DNA from: Polyangiaceae bacterium
GTDB lineage: Bacteria > Myxococcota_A > Polyangia > Polyangiales > Polyangiaceae
Assembly: GCA_035281385.1 (NCBI GenBank)
Contig: DATEDZ010000021.1
Coordinates: 2,047 to 66,046, forward strand
DNA: 64,000 bases
Direction: 5' to 3'
Position 1 is the stretch's first letter. Each line of letters begins with the position of its first letter. This document shows, piece by piece, positions 45,799 through 55,145 of this stretch. The position numbers and the translations under genes were made by a program. The notes below the pieces were generated by a model. It was not told where the DNA came from and did no database searches. It was given only the letters and a program-made list of their open reading frames with translations.

Positions 45799-47033
45799 GG
45801 CTTGGCTCCCGGCTGCGTGCGAGCAGGCCGCCCTACCGGCGCCGGCGGCACGAGCTTCACTTCCTCGATGTCGCCGTCATACGCGGCATACTGCTCGAGC
45901 GCGGCCTTCAACCGGGCACGGTCTTGCATCGAGATCGAGTCCACGACCGACGGCACGATGATGACCACGTTCTCGGTCTGTTCCTGCGCGTGTGCATGGC
46001 TGCCGAAGAGGGCGCCCAAGATCGGGATCTGGCTCAACACCGGGAGCCCCGTCTTGGAATTGCGCTCACTCTTGGCAGTCAGCCCGCCAAGCACCAAGGA
46101 CTGACCGAGCTCCAGGTTCACGATCGTATCGAGCGTCGCAGTGGTCCGCCCGGGAATGCCCGTACCGCGGTCGCCCTCGAGCTCGGAGATGTCGGCGTGC
46201 AGCCGTAGCTCCACCCGACCTGACTTCGCGTCGTACGCTGGCTCGACCACGATTTCGGAGCCGAACTGCACCTTCACGACGCCGCTCGAGAGGGCGTTCT
46301 GAATCGGGATGTTGACCTCACCGCCACCCGAGAACGTCGCCTTCTCGCCGTTGGCGGTCACGACCGCGGCCTGGCGCATGACCTTGGCCCAACCGGACGA
46401 CTGCGCGATGTCGAGCCGCGGCAGCGCCTGGTCGGCGATGACCGCGGTTGCGCTGTCGAGCTGTCCCACCCGCAAGTCGAACGAGGCGCTCATGCGCGGC
46501 GCGATCGAGCTCGGGTAGCCGATGCCCAGCTGATGCCCGTAGTTCTTGTTCATCTGCACGAAGTAGAAGTCGAGCCGGATGTTGTCGCGTGCCTCCACGT
46601 TGCCGGCGCCTCGCTTACCCCGCTGCGGCCCTTCAGGATCGGTGACCGAGATGCGGTAGTGCTTCTCGGTGCCGTCGAGCATCAGGAACAACAAGGTCGT
46701 CTGACCCGGCTTGAGCGCGACTACGATGAACTGCGAAGCGTCCTTGGTGAGCCGCACATCGACCACGCCTTTGACGGCCTCCGAGTAGCTCTGTACCCCA
46801 TCGCTCTGGATGACCCGCTGCTCACCGATGCGCAGCTCGATCTCTTCGGTCTGAACGCTGCGGGGAGCCGTAGCACGGGCGCCGTTGCCGTTCTGCGCCA
46901 CGGCTGCGGGGCTAGCCAAAGATGCTGCTGCCCCCACGACCAGCGCGACGGCGTATCGCTTCGTATCAGCGAACATGCTCGATCTCCTTCCCGCCAGCTT
47001 GCCGCCGACGCTGCTCGCTGGAATCGCGTGCAC
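45795..47033 (-). CDS. cpaC: Tad secretin CpaC/RcpA (true start may be about 46976)
   Basis: Signal peptide; ALKPGQTTL N-domain; SGGGEVNIP, GQSLVLGGL, GLPVLSQIPILGALF. Confidence 0.85.
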   Translation of the reverse strand: MHAIPASSVGGKLAGRRSSMFADTKRYAVALVVGAAASLASPAAVAQNGNGARATAPRSVQTEEIELRIGEQRVIQSDGVQSYSEAVKGVVDVRLTKDASQFIVVALKPGQTTLLFLMLDGTEKHYRISVTDPEGPQRGKRGAGNVEARDNIRLDFYFVQMNKNYGHQLGIGYPSSIAPRMSASFDLRVGQLDSATAVIADQALPRLDIAQSSGWAKVMRQAAVVTANGEKATFSGGGEVNIPIQNALSSGVVKVQFGSEIVVEPAYDAKSGRVELRLHADISELEGDRGTGIPGRTTATLDTIVNLELGQSLVLGGLTAKSERNSKTGLPVLSQIPILGALFGSHAHAQEQTENVVIIVPSVVDSISMQDRARLKAALEQYAAYDGDIEEVKLVPPAPVGRPARTQPGAKP

Positions 47034-47733
47034 TCAACAGGTCTTTCGCAGTCGTTTCGGGCAAGCCCTCGACCAACGTGATGTCTTCGGTGTTGCGGAG
47101 CGTGAGCCCGAGCCGGCCGCGTTGCTGCGCCTGCGTGAGCACCTGTGCTTGTTCCACGTTGGCGCTCACCGTGACCGAGCCGCGCGACGTCGTCGTTGCC
47201 GCTGCATCATCAGCACGTTGGATCGAGCCGCCGACCGAAAGCACCAGCAGGTTCTGCAGCAGCGTCACCGTCGTACCCTCGTCACCCTTGGCCCCGGCCG
47301 TGAACACCACATCGACGCGATCACCGGGACGAAGCAGGCCGTCGAAGTCGGCGGATCGCACATCGAGCGCCACCGCCCTCATACCGTTCTGCACCAGGCC
47401 GGCGAGCACGCGCGTGCTGTCGCTGAACTTGGCCAAGTCGGTCCACAGCACCGCCTCGTTCGCCTTCAGGCCCGCGGCGGTCTTGGCACCGAGCACCCGC
47501 TTCACGTCGCTGGCGCGCACGTGCCGCCCCTCGACGTAGGCCTGGGGCAAGTCGCGCACCGCCAGGTGCTTGTCGGTGAGGGCAGTGCCGGCCGGCACGT
47601 CTTGCGCGACGACCAACACCCCCACCGGGCGCCCGCCCGAAACCTCCGCTTCGAGCCGTTGCAGGTAAAGGTGCCCGACGAATGCCGAGCCAGCGGCAGC
47701 GGCCAAAGAGGCGACCAAGGCGAGCTTCTTCAT
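46966..47733 (-). CDS. cpaB: Flp pilus assembly protein CpaB/RcpC
   Basis: SAF domain VVAQDVPAGTAL; GMRAVAL, LRPGDRVDVV, LLQNLLVLSV, LTLRN. Confidence 0.92.
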   Translation of the reverse strand: MKKLALVASLAAAAGSAFVGHLYLQRLEAEVSGGRPVGVLVVAQDVPAGTALTDKHLAVRDLPQAYVEGRHVRASDVKRVLGAKTAAGLKANEAVLWTDLAKFSDSTRVLAGLVQNGMRAVALDVRSADFDGLLRPGDRVDVVFTAGAKGDEGTTVTLLQNLLVLSVGGSIQRADDAAATTTSRGSVTVSANVEQAQVLTQAQQRGRLGLTLRNTEDITLVEGLPETTAKDLLSARDSSEQRRRQAGGKEIEHVR

Positions 47734-47932
47734 GCGATGAAACTGGGTCGAGCCCAGCCCCCCGCCCGTTTCCGAAAATCGGCATCAGCTGCGACGATCT
47801 CGGCTGGTGTCGGCAGGTTGCATTGCTCCTGCGTTTCGGGAAGCCAACGTCGGACTTGATCGGGAGACGGGAGACCGGATCGCCTGAACCCTTGACCCGG
47901 CCGGGGCCGTCACGTTTCGATCCGCTATCGCC

Positions 47933-48214
47933 TTGCCTCCCCGTCGACCCCAGCCACCACCTCGAACCGAAAAGGTCATCGCGAAGGTCTTGCTCTGCCC
48001 TCGGTGCCACGTTCTCGTGCCGACGGGCGATCCTGAGCGACACATCACGCGGTGCACCGGACAATCCGAGCCCGTTGGGCTCGCGTACGTACCTGGCAAG
48101 GTCGTGCACAAGCGCCCGCGACGACTGAAGGGCCCCGGCAAGACCAAGCCCAAGCGGCGATCCGTTTGGACTGTGTCGGGTGGCGCGACGGAGAGCAGCC
48201 GGAGGCGTCATTGA
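47933..48214 (+). CDS. Small basic C2HC zinc-finger protein
   Basis: CPRC...HITRC; ends SVWTVSGGATESSRRRH; stop overlaps next start; start uncertain. Confidence 0.5.
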   Translation: MPPRRPQPPPRTEKVIAKVLLCPRCHVLVPTGDPERHITRCTGQSEPVGLAYVPGKVVHKRPRRLKGPGKTKPKRRSVWTVSGGATESSRRRH

Positions 48215-49005
48215 CGGGAGGACAAGACGGCCGACAAGTACTCGGAACGTTCCCGTTTGGCGAGCCGCTAAGGGCCGTGGTTCAACGTGATCGCCAGGCA
48301 AAGCAGTTGTTTGTGCTAGGCGTCTATGCGAGCGCAGTGCACGCGACCTGGCTTGATGCCCAGGGCAAGACACTCATTCGCGCGCTGGCAGTTGCCAGCG
48401 AGCCTTCCATCTTCTGGGACGGCCGTGACGCGGCGGGCATCATCGCTCGCATCAGCTTGCCCAAGGGCTCCGGGTCCCTGAGACCCGCGTCGCACAGCTT
48501 GAATGGGCCATCCGGACGGGCTCTCGACGACCACTTCCTCACCCCGCTTGGGCGCAGTCGTGGAGACTCCTGGCTCTGCGACCTTGTGCCTCACACCTGT
48601 ATGAATCCCAGCCAGGCCAGAGCCCTTGCGCGGGAATACGTTCCGCGCGCCACGAAGTTCAACTTCCCCGACGTCAAACTTCCGCCCGTGCCGCGGGAAT
48701 TCGCGGACGCGCAGCGCCAGGAAGCTATCCTCGCGGAGCTGGAAGAATCACGAGCGGAGACGATCGTGCTCCTGGGCGACGAGCCCATACGCCACTGGCT
48801 CAAGAGGTTCGACAGCCGGTGGGGCGCCTTGAGCGATTTCGTGAAGGTCGACAGTGACTACGGTCTCCCACGCGAAACGACCATCGCGGGAAGGGGCTAC
48901 AACGTGCTCGCTCTCGTCCATCCGCGCCAGGCAGCGGCCCTTGGAGCGCACTCGCAGATGTGGCGGGCCCGTCACGAGAACTGGCGAGTCCGTGTGCAGC
49001 CATGA
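48211..49005 (+). CDS. Uracil-DNA glycosylase superfamily protein
   Basis: LFVLGVYAS, NGPSGRALD, WLCDLVP, IVLLG, LVHPRQ. Confidence 0.7.
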   Translation: MTGGQDGRQVLGTFPFGEPLRAVVQRDRQAKQLFVLGVYASAVHATWLDAQGKTLIRALAVASEPSIFWDGRDAAGIIARISLPKGSGSLRPASHSLNGPSGRALDDHFLTPLGRSRGDSWLCDLVPHTCMNPSQARALAREYVPRATKFNFPDVKLPPVPREFADAQRQEAILAELEESRAETIVLLGDEPIRHWLKRFDSRWGALSDFVKVDSDYGLPRETTIAGRGYNVLALVHPRQAAALGAHSQMWRARHENWRVRVQP

Positions 49006-49060
49006 GAAAGCCGCACAGCGCATTTACGTAGGACACGCTGGCAGAGGGTATTCCCTCCCG

Positions 49061-49948
49061 CTAACGCAGCTCCGCTAAGGCCGCGACGACGCCTGAACGG
49101 CTCTCGGCCGTGCGGATCACCAGCATGCGCGCACCCTGGCGGGCCACTACTGTCGCCGGTGCAGAGCCGCTGACCTGGAATCCCGCCCGCCCGAGGCTGC
49201 CCCGGTACCACTCCGCGAGCGCCTCCGGGGAGGCGGACTTCGTCTTGTAAACGGTGAAGCTGTAGGGCGCCCCGTGCTCGACGCCGGACAGCAAGCGCTG
49301 CGCACCGGCGGGGCGGGCGACTCCCTTTGGGTCGAGCCCTGGCGCGTCTCCGTCTTTCGGAAACATTGCAGTCAGCGGGAATGCGCCTTCGGTCCACAGG
49401 AACAGCAGGCTGGTGCGTGACCCGCGGCGTTCGGCGCGAATGTAGCGAAGGTGGCCGATGCTGCTCAGGTCCCCCGTCGCCTTGAAAGCATTGAGTCGTT
49501 CGGTCAGCTCCGACACCGAGAGCGCGCCGCCCGTGTCCAAGCAGGCCAGCACGCCTTGGTTGGCGGTTTCATGACGGAGTCGGGGCTCGAGCCGCCCGGT
49601 CGCGCCGGCAGCAGGTTGAAGGAGCAGCTCCGTCGCCTGCTCGACGCCACGCACACCACCACGGGTGCGGCAGAGCGCTTCGAGGCGATCGAGCGCTTCG
49701 CCCACCGGAAGTGCGGTGCTGCCGGAAACGAGCTCGAGCTGCGCGCCATTCAGCGACATTCTTCGCGGCGTGCTGGGCAGGCGAATGCCCTCCCAGCGAC
49801 TGAGCTCGTCGCCAAAGCCGAGCAGGCGTTCGCCCCAAGCGGCCTGCGCCTGCCGGAGCGTTAGCCCGCCCAGAACGCCGACAACCAGCAGGAGCACGCA
49901 CCCGGCGCGCACCACACCCGAGCAGACTCGCAATAGCTTACTCACCAA
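49061..49948 (-). CDS. Tad-associated exported protein
   Basis: N-terminal TM/signal; overlaps the upstream tadE-like gene. Confidence 0.65.
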   Translation of the reverse strand: MVSKLLRVCSGVVRAGCVLLLVVGVLGGLTLRQAQAAWGERLLGFGDELSRWEGIRLPSTPRRMSLNGAQLELVSGSTALPVGEALDRLEALCRTRGGVRGVEQATELLLQPAAGATGRLEPRLRHETANQGVLACLDTGGALSVSELTERLNAFKATGDLSSIGHLRYIRAERRGSRTSLLFLWTEGAFPLTAMFPKDGDAPGLDPKGVARPAGAQRLLSGVEHGAPYSFTVYKTKSASPEALAEWYRGSLGRAGFQVSGSAPATVVARQGARMLVIRTAESRSGVVAALAELR

Positions 49949-50468
49949 GGCTCTCCCAAGCTTTTTCGGCCATCTTCTCGGGCGTCGTGGGCTCGAGGTT
50001 GCAGGCCAGGTGATAGCGGCCTGTCACGGTCTTCAGCCCACCTCCGAACGCTCCCGGCTGTTCGACGTCTCGAGTCACCTTGGCATCGACCGAGCTCGTG
50101 AACGCCGCGAGTAGCGGGCCGCCGACCAGGTCGCCCACGATGGTGCCGATGATGCTCTTCGAGTCAGCGCCGTTTAGTGCCTTCCTGCCGCCTTCTCCGA
50201 GCGCGTCGGTGACCTTTGGCTCCACGTCGTCCGCAGACCCTTCCGACTTGTTCAGGACTTGGTCGCAGCCGTCTGGCACTACCTGGCAGTTGTTGGCGGA
50301 GTACAGCCAAGCGCAGCTTCGGGCCTTGGCTTCCAGTGCCTGCTGCGTCGCGAACAGCTCGCCCAGGTAGTAGAGCGAAGCCCAGATCAAGACCAGCACC
50401 GGGATCACGATCACGGCCTCAACCATGGCTGCGCCACGCTCACTGCGTCTGGAGAGGCTAGTGCGCAA
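49938..50468 (-). CDS. tadE: TadE-like minor pilin
   Basis: Prepilin site ERG|AAMVEAVIVIP. Confidence 0.85.
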   Translation of the reverse strand: MRTSLSRRSERGAAMVEAVIVIPVLVLIWASLYYLGELFATQQALEAKARSCAWLYSANNCQVVPDGCDQVLNKSEGSADDVEPKVTDALGEGGRKALNGADSKSIIGTIVGDLVGGPLLAAFTSSVDAKVTRDVEQPGAFGGGLKTVTGRYHLACNLEPTTPEKMAEKAWESLGE

Positions 50469-52227
50469 TTTCGGCCTCCACGCGATGCAGGGGCTCCTCG
50501 AGACGATTCTTGAAAGCGATGAAGCAGCGGTCCCATAGGCTTGCCCGTTCCGCTGCTTCTCCTGGCAAGCGGAATCGGCGCAACCGTGCGCGCCAGTTCA
50601 TGTTCCACATCCAGTCCGCGGCTTCTTCAGTGCCGTCGTAGAAGTACTCGGCTTGCGCGAAGCCATATTGGCGGAGCTCGTGCCCCACCGGTAGCTCGCC
50701 CGCGGGAGCCTCGGCGTTCCACAAGGCGAGCTGGACGATGCGCTCGGCGGGTAGACCGGAGAGCAGCGTCTTTACGACCGCGCGGGTCTGAAACACCTCG
50801 CTGCCAAGCTTGATGTCACCCCGGACTTTCTTCGGATATTTGTCCTCGCCCGAGTCATCAGCGCCTTCACCGGTAGTCGCCTCGATCGGCTCGCTCACCC
50901 GTCTCATGCAGGATAGCAGGTGAACCACCTCCGCGAAGTCGACGGTAACGCTCGTCGCCGCGTTTCTGCCGAGGGGCGGGAGCAGCGGCGCAACCTCGCT
51001 TGAGCAGACCGGCTTCACCTCGGCGCCCGGCTTTTCGCGAGCCACCTTCTCGTACCCGGTGGCGACGCTCGGCTTGACCGAAGCCGGACCGCAGGGTGGC
51101 ACAAAGCCGGTTTCGAGCCGTGGCTCATCGAACGACGGCTCTCCGCGCACCCAGCCCAGCTTCTCCTCATAGGTGTACACCACACTTCCTTTGCGGAGCT
51201 GGTACGAGTAGCTGTAGGGGGGCGGAGCCGTCGTCGGGTCGCACTGTTCGCGCGCGTGCTGAGCGTGCGTTTCGAACGGGCCCGACTCCGAGCAGTCTGT
51301 CTCCTGCCGGCAGCGGCCTCGGTCGTCAGGTTGGGCTGCGTCGGTATCGGCGCTGCTTTCCTTGCACTGGTCGGTGTTGAAGTTCTCCAGGTCTTGCTTT
51401 GCTTGTGCGACGTCCTCCTCCGACAGCTCTTCGTCCTTGCACTGATCCATCGCATCGGTTCGCGGAAAGCGCTTCCTCACCCACTGCGGCGGTGGTGTTG
51501 GCGGTGGCCCGCCACTCTCGCCGCAGAACCAGTCGGACATGCTGCCCGAAAGGCCACCGAGCGCATCCTCGACCGGGGTCTTGAGCTTTTGGGGCAGCGG
51601 AAGTGGCTTCATCGCCAGGTTTCCGGCCAGATTGCCGCCTCGCTCGCACAAATGGTCGAACGTGTCGTCTTCGACCGGCAAGCCACCCGTCGTGAACACC
51701 ACGCCGGTTGGCTCAACTTCCGGTTGCCAGTGCGCGGCCAGGTCCGCATCGGCCACCGTTTTGGCTGCCTCCGGCGCGACCAGGACGACAGCATCAGACG
51801 TTTCGTGCAGCACCTCGAGCGCCGTGAAGATGGGGTCTTTGGTGGTGTCGTAGAGCGACCGCATCTCTTGCTGCACGGCCTTCAGCGGCGGGATCGCGGA
51901 AAGTGTCGACCCGCCCGTCACCCAAGCCAGCGCGGCGGCCACGATGATGCCGACCAAGGCCAGGGTCTCGACCAGCTTGAACGCAACCAGCACGGCGATT
52001 AAGGCCGCCATGATCAGGTTAAGGAGCACCAGGAAGTTCATGCTGCGCGCATGACCGACAGCCGATGAGAGCGCGGTGGCGTCGGCAGCGTCTTGCAGCT
52101 TCTCGCGCAGCAGCACCGTCTGGGCGATCCCGACTGCGTAGTACAGCATCGCCACGCCAAAGACAGCGAAGGCGAGCGCAATCAGCATGATCGCGCCGCG
52201 TTCGTCAGAGCTCAGGTAGCGGCGCAT
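50458..52227 (-). CDS. TadG-like tip pilin with Cys-rich domain
   Basis: ERG|AIML; KLQDAADATALS; many Cys; C-terminal WNMNWRARLRR. Confidence 0.8.
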   Translation of the reverse strand: MRRYLSSDERGAIMLIALAFAVFGVAMLYYAVGIAQTVLLREKLQDAADATALSSAVGHARSMNFLVLLNLIMAALIAVLVAFKLVETLALVGIIVAAALAWVTGGSTLSAIPPLKAVQQEMRSLYDTTKDPIFTALEVLHETSDAVVLVAPEAAKTVADADLAAHWQPEVEPTGVVFTTGGLPVEDDTFDHLCERGGNLAGNLAMKPLPLPQKLKTPVEDALGGLSGSMSDWFCGESGGPPPTPPPQWVRKRFPRTDAMDQCKDEELSEEDVAQAKQDLENFNTDQCKESSADTDAAQPDDRGRCRQETDCSESGPFETHAQHAREQCDPTTAPPPYSYSYQLRKGSVVYTYEEKLGWVRGEPSFDEPRLETGFVPPCGPASVKPSVATGYEKVAREKPGAEVKPVCSSEVAPLLPPLGRNAATSVTVDFAEVVHLLSCMRRVSEPIEATTGEGADDSGEDKYPKKVRGDIKLGSEVFQTRAVVKTLLSGLPAERIVQLALWNAEAPAGELPVGHELRQYGFAQAEYFYDGTEEAADWMWNMNWRARLRRFRLPGEAAERASLWDRCFIAFKNRLEEPLHRVEAEIAH

Positions 52228-53080
52228 CGCCGGCCTCCGCGTACTCGTACAGAGCGCCCTGGTTCGGCAGCGTCACCTCGGCCTCGAAGGCCATGAAGCG
52301 CGCCGCCGGATCAGCGGCCGCCTCGAGCCATGCAGGTGCGCCCGCTCGCGCGAGCCGCTCACGCAACGTGGGCGTCGGCTTGCCGCCCGGCAACATCGTT
52401 GAGGCGTCGAGCAAGCTGCCTAACTGATGGCAAATCAGATTCCGCACGAGCGGCACCCCGCACAGCTGCAGGTACGTGACCCGCACCGTGATGGGCGTGT
52501 TGTGCAAGATGGGCTCCGCGGCGAGCTCGTGAACACCGGCTGCACGGTGTAGCGTCACCAGCGCAGCAGCATCGGCGTAAACGGTTGCGAAGCCCTTGGC
52601 TTCCTCAGGGTCGCGAATCACCGCATCAGCAAGTGTCGCGCCCGTGCCGCCCAGAAAAGCCTCGGCACTGGGCGCTATTGCCGAGAGCGGCCGTAGGGCG
52701 GCGCCGCGGATCGCCCGCATGCGCGCGCCCCTTTGCGTCACCGGCGTTGCCGCTGCGCCTGTCTCGGGCACGAGCGATGTCGCCAGGGAGCTGAGCGCGT
52801 TTGCCAACCCACCCGCAGCCGGGGGAGTCGGTTCCACGCTCTTGGTCTCGGAGAGCACGCCGCGCGGCGCATCACCGTAGTACAGGGGCTCGTCGTCGAG
52901 CACCACAATGGCCGAGCGAGCTGCAGCGAAGGCCGCATGCCGCACCACCACCTTGCCGGCCACCAACAAAGCGATCTGGCACAAAGCCAAGAACAAGACG
53001 AACAGGGGCAGAAACGCGAGCAAGAACTCGACGTAGACCGCCCCCCGCTCGTCGCGCATCGTCACAGCCACGGCACCCAC
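52205..53080 (-). CDS. tadE: TadE-like minor pilin
   Basis: ERG|AVYVEFLLAF; HAAFAAARSA. Confidence 0.85.
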   Translation of the reverse strand: MGAVAVTMRDERGAVYVEFLLAFLPLFVLFLALCQIALLVAGKVVVRHAAFAAARSAIVVLDDEPLYYGDAPRGVLSETKSVEPTPPAAGGLANALSSLATSLVPETGAAATPVTQRGARMRAIRGAALRPLSAIAPSAEAFLGGTGATLADAVIRDPEEAKGFATVYADAAALVTLHRAAGVHELAAEPILHNTPITVRVTYLQLCGVPLVRNLICHQLGSLLDASTMLPGGKPTPTLRERLARAGAPAWLEAAADPAARFMAFEAEVTLPNQGALYEYAEAGDAPLPEL

Positions 53081-53604
53081 CTCGCCAGGTATTGCGACGC
53101 GACGCTCACGACCGTCGCCAGCGCGATGGCCGGGCCGAGCCGCATTTCGGTCAATGCGACGGCTGCCACCTTGTTTGTCCCTTTCGAAAACGGCGACGCC
53201 AAAAGGCGAGCCGTCGCGCCGACCACCCGCAGCAACTGCCCGCTGTAGGCCAGTCGCGCGAGCGCGACGATGAGAAGCAGCGCGAGCGCGCCAAGCTCGA
53301 TCTCGAGCCCCATCGTGGGGCCGAGCAACGCTCCCAGCGCGCCGAACAGCTTCACGTCGCCGCCGCCGATGGCCCGACCGCGAGAGGCCCGAAACAGAAC
53401 CAGGGGCACGCCGCCGCAGAGCACCAGGCCTGCCGCGCTCTCGGTCACGCCCCAGGCGCCGCGAGCGACCGCGTGAGCGACGAGCGCCGAACCCGACACC
53501 GGCAACGTGAGCCAGTTGGGGATGCGGCCGTTACGCGCGTCCGTGACGGCTGCGATAGCGCTCGCCGCGAGCGCGGCAGCCTGGAATGCATGCAGGATGA
53601 CCAT
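53062..53604 (-). CDS. cpaA: A24 prepilin peptidase CpaA/TadV
   Basis: TDARNGRIPNWLT, GGGDVKL, LGPAI. Confidence 0.93.
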   Translation of the reverse strand: MVILHAFQAAALAASAIAAVTDARNGRIPNWLTLPVSGSALVAHAVARGAWGVTESAAGLVLCGGVPLVLFRASRGRAIGGGDVKLFGALGALLGPTMGLEIELGALALLLIVALARLAYSGQLLRVVGATARLLASPFSKGTNKVAAVALTEMRLGPAIALATVVSVASQYLARWVPWL

Positions 53605-53628
53605 GGTCGTGACCCATTCATCAGGGCA

Positions 53629-53859
53629 TTACTGGCCGGTGCCTTTGTCTTCGATGGGCAGGTCGGTGATCTTGTTGGTGCTGTCCGTCACCTTGCCCCT
53701 GACCGCCTCACCGAAGTTGGTCCAGACGGTGATCGCAACCACGGCGAGCAGCACGAGGATGATCACGTACTCCACAGTCGTGAGCCCGCGCTCATCACGC
53801 AGCACGCTCGAGCCACCGGTGGCGCAACGATAGAGCTTCTTGAAACGTTCCATATCCAA
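53629..53859 (-). CDS. flp: Flp major pilin
   Basis: DERG|LTTVEYVIILVLLAV Flp motif. Confidence 0.92.
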   Translation of the reverse strand: MDMERFKKLYRCATGGSSVLRDERGLTTVEYVIILVLLAVVAITVWTNFGEAVRGKVTDSTNKITDLPIEDKGTGQ

Positions 53860-53954
53860 CCAACCTTCCAGGTTCGGCTTCGCTGGACCTTCCAGCAGCC
53901 GTTGGAAGTGAGTCGAAGCGGTGGACTCTGTCGTTTCCCGATTTCTGCAGACGT

Positions 53955-54194
53955 TCAGGGAAACGGCAGAGCCAGGATCGCAGTCTGCTCCAGGTACGTT
54001 CGAACGAGCGGGACGCCGAGCGCAATGACGGCCAGGGTCAGGCCCATTGCTACGGTGCTCAGGAGCACGACGTACTCAACGGTCACGGTGCCGCGCTCAC
54101 GGCGGTGCGGGCGACGTCGACAACGACTTGGAGACCAGGCCAGCCAGAGCGCCCACTCGAGCAGCAGCAACGAGAGCTTCTTTCGCATGCTCAT
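53955..54194 (-). CDS. Second Flp-like pilin
   Basis: RERG|TVTVEYVVLL followed by a hydrophobic helix. Confidence 0.7.
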   Translation of the reverse strand: MSMRKKLSLLLLEWALWLAWSPSRCRRRPHRRERGTVTVEYVVLLSTVAMGLTLAVIALGVPLVRTYLEQTAILALPFP

Positions 54195-54236
54195 GGGTCG
54201 CGTTCAGGCGAACGCCTGTTTCCTAGATCCGCGCGA

Positions 54237-55106
54237 CTACAGCGTTGTCGTGCCCTTGGGCACGGCAGGCGGCGTCGGATTGGGAAGGGGCCCGCTCTTC
54301 GCCGGCCCGGCTGACTCGGACACGAAGGTCACGGGGAACTGAATCGTTGCCGATCCGCCGTCGGGGGGAGCGAAGCGCGCATCTCGAGCGGCGGTCATGG
54401 CGCAGCCGAGCAGGCGGTCTGAGAGGGCGCTGCTCTTGGTCGCCGTCACATTGGCGGCACCTGCTGGACCGACACTCAGGGCGAAACGCATGGACCCGGA
54501 GCCAGGGAACGCCTCACGCGCGTAACAGGCACGAAGGGGTGCGCGAAGCCCAGCAATGACGCTTGCCGCGTTGGACACGTTGCCACCCGAAACCGCGGCG
54601 CCACCGACCGACACGTGACGCGCGTCACGAGGTGCCTTCTGCACGATGCCCGATGATCCTGGTAGTGGCTTGCCGAGCTCCACACCGCCCGGAATAGGCG
54701 CGAGCGGCGTCGAGACGCCCCCTTGCCCAGGCGCTGGAAATCCGGGAACAGACGGGACGAAACCCGGGTGAGGTTTGACTTGAGGTGAGACCGATTCGTA
54801 CGGCCGCCCCACACGGGTGGGTGCGCCGACGGAGGTCTGCTCGGAAGAGACGATGCGGGCCTCGGCTGGAGCGGCGTTCACGGTTGGGGCGCTAGCCGGG
54901 ACGCGCGGGGGCAGTGGTGCAGCCGAGGCGGAGGGGTGAGGCTCCGCCTGAATCTCCGGCCGTTCGTGACCACCCAGGTAGGCTCGGAGGGCTCCGGGCG
55001 TGTCGCACCCGGTCAACAGAGCAAGCAGGCAGCCCACCGTCAGGGATGTGCCCGCACACGCTCGCCAGCCCTCCGAAGTCTTCATCACTGTTGTCCTACG
55101 GGCCAT
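54237..55106 (-). CDS. Lipoprotein with AgmX/PglI (TonB-C-like) C-terminal domain
   Basis: Lipobox LTGC; Pro-rich linker; LRACY...VGPAG...C...FAPP...IQFPVTF. Confidence 0.75.
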   Translation of the reverse strand: MARRTTVMKTSEGWRACAGTSLTVGCLLALLTGCDTPGALRAYLGGHERPEIQAEPHPSASAAPLPPRVPASAPTVNAAPAEARIVSSEQTSVGAPTRVGRPYESVSPQVKPHPGFVPSVPGFPAPGQGGVSTPLAPIPGGVELGKPLPGSSGIVQKAPRDARHVSVGGAAVSGGNVSNAASVIAGLRAPLRACYAREAFPGSGSMRFALSVGPAGAANVTATKSSALSDRLLGCAMTAARDARFAPPDGGSATIQFPVTFVSESAGPAKSGPLPNPTPPAVPKGTTTL

Positions 55107-55145
55107 GCGGCGTCGTCCTTCCTTCGAACCACGTTCAACGTGTCA

